Origin: Pseudomonadota bacterium | GTDB taxonomy: Bacteria; Bdellovibrionota; FAC87; UBA2466 | Assembly: GCA_043767805.1 (NCBI GenBank) | Contig: JAYUGC010000053.1 | Location: forward strand, 15,064-79,063 | Direction of reading: 5' to 3' | DNA: 64,000 bases | Shown: piece by piece, positions 58,716 through 64,000 of the stretch | Position numbering within the stretch: position 1 is the first letter of the stretch | How the letters are laid out: every line of letters begins with the position of its first letter | Program-made: the position numbers and the translations under genes | The notes under the pieces: generated by a model | Database searches by the model: none | What the model was told of the DNA's origin: nothing | What the model saw: only the letters and a program-made list of their open reading frames with translations

Positions 58716-60687
58716 CCCGTCCGCTCTGGTATCTTTACGAGCTATGATTCGCCGCGCGTCGCTTCTCTTAATCTCGGCGCTATTTCTCTGGGGTTGCGCT
58801 TCTTCCAATCAGGTTCGCCCCGATCAACTGAAAGGCCCCGATCCGGTTGCCTCTAATAAGGTAGAGCCGCAGGCTCGCACGCTTTTCTTTCAGGCCGAGC
58901 GCGCCTTTCTCGGCAAAGACTACGAGAAGGCCATCCGCGGCTTTCAAGCCGTGCGCACGAAGTTTCCGAACGCACGCAATGCTTCGCTCGTTTCGAGCTA
59001 TCGGCTCGGCACGATCTATTACTACCAGGAAGAGTACTCGGCCGCCGCGCGCGAGTTCGATGCTTTCTTGCAACGTTACCCGCAAAGCGAGCTCGGTTTC
59101 GACGTTCGCTATAACCTCGCCGCCTGCGAGTACCAACTGGGCAACTACGAGCGCGCTTACCGCACGCTCTCGGGCTTCAAGCTTCCCGAGATCCGCGCGC
59201 AGGGAACGCGGCGCGCTGAAGTCGTTTATCAGTTGGCGGCGCTTTCCGCCGAAGCCATCGGCAACCATACCGCGGCCGTCGCGGCTTACGCCGCCGAAGC
59301 TCAGCTTCCCATCGACGAGAGAAAGCGCGAAACGCTGCTCGGCAATGTCGACCAGCATTTAGCCCAAATCACCACGTCTTCGGCCTTGGATCGCCTGCTC
59401 AGTGAAATTACCGAGCCCGTGGTGCGGGGAAAAATCACTCAGCGCATGAATCAGCTGGCGACCGCCGCCGCTCCAGTACAAAGCGCGCCCGTGGCTAGCG
59501 GAGGCGAAACGACCGCGGGCCTTCCGCTTTCGGGCAGCAGCCGTTCCGATCGCCTGAACATCGGCGTCATCCTTCCGCTCACGGGCAATATGGCTCGTTA
59601 CGGAGAGCGCGCCTTAGAGGGCATCTTGCTCGCCGCCGGGACTTTCCAAAGTAGCCGCGAGCACGACTTCAAGCTTTTCATCGAAGACAGTCAGTCCAAC
59701 CCGGAAATCGCCAAGCGCGCCGTGGACAATTTGTACAACCGCGACAACGTCGTCGCGATCCTCGGGCCTTTGAGCTGGAACGAATCGGTGGCCGTGGCCG
59801 ATCGCGCTCAACAACTCGGCATTCTGAACCTTTCCCTCACGGGTAAGGAAGGGGTCTCGAGCCGGGGCGCGTACCTTTTCCAAAACGCCCTGACGCCCCG
59901 GGTGCAGCTCGAGTCCCTCGTGAACCACACGATGAAGGAAAAGAACTTCAAGCGCTTTGCCATCCTCGCGCCGAACAATCCTTTCGGCAAAGACATGGCG
60001 GCCGAGTTCTGGGATCTCGTCGAAAAAAACGGCGGCCACATCGTGGGCTATCGTCTCTATCCGCCCGACGAGAAGGACTTCCAAGAGTACGTGCAACGCC
60101 TAGTGGGCCTCTCTAATCCGAAGTTCCGGACTCTCGAAATGACCCGGCTCGCGGAATATAAGAAGGAAGCGAAAGAGAAGACGGGTCGTGAGCCGAAGGC
60201 GGATATTCCGCCGATTATCGATTTTGACGCGATCTTCCTGCCGGATAGCCCCTCTACCGTGTCTCAGATTGCGGCGAGTCTCGCGTATTACGACGTGACC
60301 AACGTGCCCATGCTCGGGACGACGGAGTGGAACTCGGATCAGCTCTACAAGCGTGGCGGCCGGTATGTGGAAGGCGCATTGTTCCCAGGTGGTTTGAGCT
60401 CGGCGAGTAAGAACGAGACGCAGAAGAACTTCATTCGGCAGTTTGCGGCGGCTTACGGCGGCGCGCCGGACTTACTCGCGACCCAAGCGTATGAGGCGAT
60501 GTTCATCTTGTCGGGGGCGTTGAAAGAGACGTCGTCTTCGGATCGCAATGACGTGGTGAAAGAGATGAGCAAGATGAGCGGGTTTTTGACGCCGCTGGGC
60601 TCGTTGTCGTTCGACGCCACTCGCATCGCGCGGCGGAAGCTCTCCGTGTACAAGCTCGAAATGGGCGGGAACATCGTAGAACAATGA
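58708..60687 (+). CDS. TPR plus type-I periplasmic-binding-fold lipoprotein (LpoA-like)
   Basis: Lipobox LFLWGC; N-terminal TPR repeats; C-terminal Peripla_BP_6-like region. Confidence 0.5.
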   Translation: MINPSALVSLRAMIRRASLLLISALFLWGCASSNQVRPDQLKGPDPVASNKVEPQARTLFFQAERAFLGKDYEKAIRGFQAVRTKFPNARNASLVSSYRLGTIYYYQEEYSAAAREFDAFLQRYPQSELGFDVRYNLAACEYQLGNYERAYRTLSGFKLPEIRAQGTRRAEVVYQLAALSAEAIGNHTAAVAAYAAEAQLPIDERKRETLLGNVDQHLAQITTSSALDRLLSEITEPVVRGKITQRMNQLATAAAPVQSAPVASGGETTAGLPLSGSSRSDRLNIGVILPLTGNMARYGERALEGILLAAGTFQSSREHDFKLFIEDSQSNPEIAKRAVDNLYNRDNVVAILGPLSWNESVAVADRAQQLGILNLSLTGKEGVSSRGAYLFQNALTPRVQLESLVNHTMKEKNFKRFAILAPNNPFGKDMAAEFWDLVEKNGGHIVGYRLYPPDEKDFQEYVQRLVGLSNPKFRTLEMTRLAEYKKEAKEKTGREPKADIPPIIDFDAIFLPDSPSTVSQIAASLAYYDVTNVPMLGTTEWNSDQLYKRGGRYVEGALFPGGLSSASKNETQKNFIRQFAAAYGGAPDLLATQAYEAMFILSGALKETSSSDRNDVVKEMSKMSGFLTPLGSLSFDATRIARRKLSVYKLEMGGNIVEQ

Positions 60688-60782
60688 GCACCCAGCCTTA
60701 CCAAACGGGTTCGTGATTCTCGGATCGCCTGGCTGAGTGACAAGGCGAACGAACAGTTCAGCCGCAAGAAAAGACACTAGAC

Positions 60783-60965
60783 GCCGCGGACAGTCAGGCT
60801 GAACCGGCTAGGTAAATAGCGCTGAGGCGCACAACGTGCCCGAATCCCCTTCCGAGCCATCTTAAAAGGTAGGCCCTACCTTTTAAGATGCGAACAGCCG
60901 CCGGGCACGTCTTGCGACCTCTCGCCATTCACCTACCCGGTTCAGCCTATTTGTCCGCGGCACTT
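60783..60965. repeat. roughly 183-nt imperfect palindrome (arms about 80% complementary) centred on the 27-nt hairpin CTTAAAAGGTAGG-C-CCTACCTTTTAAG (60861-60887); repeated GGCTGAA/TTCAGCC heptamers continue to about 61055
   Basis: Manual alignment of 60781-60860 against the reverse complement of 60888-60965; the heptamer GGCTGAA or its complement occurs at about 60797, 60941, 60983, 61010 and 61049. Confidence 0.6.
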
Positions 60966-61257
60966 TGATTTCTTCCGAGGGGCTGAACTGCACGCGCATC
61001 CTTCTCATTCAGCCAGGGCTATCCGCGAGTTTCCAAACAGGTCTTCGAGGCTGAATAGCGCTCTTCATTTTTCTTAAGCAACGGACTCTCCCTCTATTGT
61101 TTCCCCAATTGCTCGATGCTAAAATCATCTCCAGATAAGCAGTCTTTCCTAATCTTTCGACCCAAAATTGACACACTGACACCGACGAGCTGAGTCACTA
61201 AACCCGACTCAGGTCTTGCGTCTAGGCGCACTTCGCGCCACGCCAAGGAGCCATATC

Positions 61258-61620
61258 GTGAAAAAGAAAGATCTCGAACGCTTTGCCGCTCTTCTGCGTG
61301 ATGAAAAAGAGAAACTGCTTAACCATACTGTGAAGAACAAAGAAGCTGAGCTCACGCTCAGCCACGACGATCTCTCTGATGAAGTCGATCAGGCCTCCGC
61401 GGAGCTGGATCAAAACGTTGCTCTGCGTCTACGCGATCGCGAACGGCATCTCTTGATGAAGATCGAGATCGCCCTCAATAAGATCGAAGAAGGCACCTTC
61501 GGCACATGCGAATTGTGCGAAGAACCCATCGAAATGAAGCGTCTCGATGCACGTCCCGTGGCCGATCTTTGCATCCGCTGCAAAGAAGCCCAAGAGCGCG
61601 AAGAAAAGATTTACGCTTAA
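61258..61620 (+). CDS. dksA: DksA/TraR-family C4 zinc-finger protein
   Basis: CxxC...CxxC (CELCEEP...CIRCK); coiled-coil with the acidic DxxDxA tip region; GTG start 6 nt after AAGGAG. Confidence 0.7.
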   Translation: MKKKDLERFAALLRDEKEKLLNHTVKNKEAELTLSHDDLSDEVDQASAELDQNVALRLRDRERHLLMKIEIALNKIEEGTFGTCELCEEPIEMKRLDARPVADLCIRCKEAQEREEKIYA

Positions 61621-61815
61621 TTCCGCGCAAATCCCTTAAGTCCCCTCCGCTAAATAGCTGAAAATACGACGGCTCCCCGCCGCTCGTGTCGCCGTGCGCC
61701 GTAGACCCGCGACATATAAAGAGAATCTTTAATCCTCCCTCAAGGCCTTTCCACCTTCCGCCGATCAATTAAGTGAAGATGACTTCACAATTACACCCTA
61801 TCCAGAAGGTGCCAC

Positions 61816-64000
61816 ATGCCTAACGAGTTCTCCGAGAACGAAGAACTTGTCATCCCTGACGAGCTGCCGTTACTCCCCATTCGCGATGTCGTCGTTTACC
61901 CCTACATGATTCTTCCGCTGTTCGTAGGGCGTGAGCCGTCCATCCGGGCGGTGAACGAAGCACTCGCGAAAGATCGGCTGATCTTTCTAGCCGCCCAGAA
62001 AGAGATCACCGACGAGAATCCCTCGCCGGACACGATCTACTCGGTGGGAACGATCGCCATGATCATGCGCATGAGAAAGCTGCCTGACGGACGGGTGAAA
62101 ATCCTGGTTCAAGGCCTCATGAAAGGAACGGCGACGGACTTCACCCAAGAGAAGCCGTTCTTTACCGCGAAGGTGAAGCAGATCAAAGAGCGCGCCGCTA
62201 CCCGCGAGAACGTCGAAGTCGAGGCGATGATGCGGACGGTGAAGGAACAGCTGGAGAAGGTTATCTCCCTGGGCCGGATGCTCTCCCCCGATATTCTGAT
62301 GGTTGTCGACGATATCACGGACGCGGGAAGACTCGCGGACCTCGTCGCCTCCAACCTCGGTCTCAAAGTAAACGAGGCTCAAGACATCCTGGAGCTCTTC
62401 GATCCCGTCGAGCGCCTGAAGAAGGTCAACGAGATCCTCGTGAAAGAGCTCGAGATCCTCGCGATGCAGGCTCGCATCCGTTCCCAAGCCCGGGACGAGA
62501 TGACCAAGAGCCAGCGGGAATACTTCCTCCGGGAACAAATCCGCGCCATCAAGACGGAGCTCGGCGACACCGAATCAAAGAGCGAAGAAATCCAAGAGCT
62601 CAGAAACAAGATAGAAGCCGCGCAGATGCCGGACGAAATCCGCGAAGAAGCCATCAAGCAGTGCTCGCGCCTCGAGCGCATGCACCAGGATGCTTCGGAA
62701 GCGACCATCGTCCGCACCTACCTGGACTGGCTGGTCGAGATTCCGTGGAGCAAAGCCACGGAAGACCGCATCGACTTGAACAAAGCTCAAAAGATTCTGG
62801 ACGAAGATCATTTCGATCTTAAAAAGATCAAGGAACGCATTCTCGAGTTCCTTGCCGTCCGCAAGCTCAAGAAGGCCATGAAGGGACCCATCCTTTGCTT
62901 CGTCGGGCCTCCCGGCGTCGGCAAAACGTCCCTCGGTAAATCCATCGCTCGCGCCATGGGCCGCAAGTTCGTGCGAATTTCCCTCGGCGGTATCCGTGAC
63001 GAAGCCGACATCCGCGGCCACCGCCGTACGTATGTAGGCGCGATGCCCGGCCGTATCATCCAAGGGTTGAAGCAAGCGGGATCCAACAATCCCATCTTCG
63101 TGCTCGACGAGATCGACAAGCTCGGTGCCGACTTCCGGGGTGACCCGGCCAGCGCCCTGCTCGAAGTCTTGGACCCCGAGCAGAACTTCAGCTTCCGCGA
63201 TCATTACCTGAACCTTCCCTACGACTTGTCCAACGTGATGTTCCTTGCGACCGCGAACTTGATGGACACCGTGCCCAGCGCTCTGCGCGACCGCATGGAA
63301 GTCATCCAGCTCTCCGGCTACAGCCAGGAAGAAAAGGTTCAAATCGCCAAGCAGTTCATCGTCCAAAAGCAGATCGCCGAGAACGGCCTCAAACCTGAAG
63401 AGATCGACGTCACCGACGGCGCCCTGGAGCGCATCGTGATGGAGTACACTCAGGAAGCCGGCCTGCGTAATCTCGAGCGGCATGTCGCCGCCATCTGCCG
63501 CAAAGTAGCTCGCAAGGTCGCCCAGAACGAAGAAGGCGAAAAATCCGAGCGCATCGAAATTACTAACGCCTCCGTCCCGAAATACCTCGGACCTCCGAAG
63601 TGGCTCGGTGAAGAAGAGCGCGAGTACGACGAGATCGGCGTTTGCACCGGGCTTGCTTGGACGCAATTCGGCGGTGAGATCCTCAATATCGAAGTCACCA
63701 TGATGCACAAGCGCGGCGGGGGACTCATCCTCACCGGTTCGCTCGGGGACGTGATGAAGGAATCCGCGATGGCGGCCTTGAGCTTCGCCAGAAGCCACGC
63801 TGCCCAGCTCGGAATCGACGAGCGCGTGTTCAGCAACTACGAGATCCACATCCACGTGCCGCAAGGCGCGACCCCGAAGGACGGCCCCTCGGCCGGTGTC
63901 ACTCTCGCCACCGCGATCATCTCTCTTCTGACCGGAAACCCGGTCCGTAAAGATGTCGCGATGACCGGTGAGCTCACCCTCAGAGGCAAAGTGCTCCCCA
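61816..64000 (+). CDS. lon: ATP-dependent Lon protease (3' end beyond the window)
   Basis: Lon N-domain LPLLPIRDVVVYPYMILPLFVGR; AAA+ motifs GPPGVGKTS, VLDEIDK; no stop codon in frame before the window end. Confidence 0.9.
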   Translation, partial: MPNEFSENEELVIPDELPLLPIRDVVVYPYMILPLFVGREPSIRAVNEALAKDRLIFLAAQKEITDENPSPDTIYSVGTIAMIMRMRKLPDGRVKILVQGLMKGTATDFTQEKPFFTAKVKQIKERAATRENVEVEAMMRTVKEQLEKVISLGRMLSPDILMVVDDITDAGRLADLVASNLGLKVNEAQDILELFDPVERLKKVNEILVKELEILAMQARIRSQARDEMTKSQREYFLREQIRAIKTELGDTESKSEEIQELRNKIEAAQMPDEIREEAIKQCSRLERMHQDASEATIVRTYLDWLVEIPWSKATEDRIDLNKAQKILDEDHFDLKKIKERILEFLAVRKLKKAMKGPILCFVGPPGVGKTSLGKSIARAMGRKFVRISLGGIRDEADIRGHRRTYVGAMPGRIIQGLKQAGSNNPIFVLDEIDKLGADFRGDPASALLEVLDPEQNFSFRDHYLNLPYDLSNVMFLATANLMDTVPSALRDRMEVIQLSGYSQEEKVQIAKQFIVQKQIAENGLKPEEIDVTDGALERIVMEYTQEAGLRNLERHVAAICRKVARKVAQNEEGEKSERIEITNASVPKYLGPPKWLGEEEREYDEIGVCTGLAWTQFGGEILNIEVTMMHKRGGGLILTGSLGDVMKESAMAALSFARSHAAQLGIDERVFSNYEIHIHVPQGATPKDGPSAGVTLATAIISLLTGNPVRKDVAMTGELTLRGKVLP

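Noticed and set aside
62575-63864. 429-codon minus-strand ORF
   Set aside because: It is entirely antisense to the well-conserved lon gene, and its translation is not protein-like.

Overview
This is a high-GC bacterial chromosomal segment, densely coded on both strands; CRISPR arrays and phage/IS gene sets were looked for and none were found. Housekeeping genes include tRNA-Leu(CAG), tmk-holB-metG-tatD, mfd, gpsA, mutS, trmJ-grpE-dnaJ, a DksA-like protein and the start of lon. There are many secreted or outer-membrane hypothetical proteins. A B12/iron-type ABC importer (binding protein, permease, ATPase) is preceded by a leader that looks like a cobalamin riboswitch. The most striking feature is a complex I cluster containing only membrane-arm genes, nuoA-H-J-K-L-M-N, with no nuoB-G or nuoI. 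Immediately downstream are four translationally coupled, highly degenerate paralogues of the same subunits, in the same order. These are a J'K' fusion, an L' whose antiporter core has been deleted, an M' that has lost conserved charged residues, and an N'. Other points of interest are a recurrent CTTAAAAGGTA palindrome, a roughly 180-nt imperfect palindrome in a 570-nt intergenic region, a pair of perfect DnaA boxes in an AT-rich gap, and an orphan OmpR-type regulator lacking the phospho-acceptor Asp. Truncated remnants of a sterol desaturase-like gene and a trypsin-like protease gene are also present. The gene content (TLC-like transporter, TIGR02147-like HTH protein, many small beta-barrel proteins) is compatible with a Bdellovibrionota/deltaproteobacteria-like organism, but that is inference only. 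Many long Arg/Ala-rich ORFs in the six-frame track are antisense artefacts of the high GC content and are not reported as genes.
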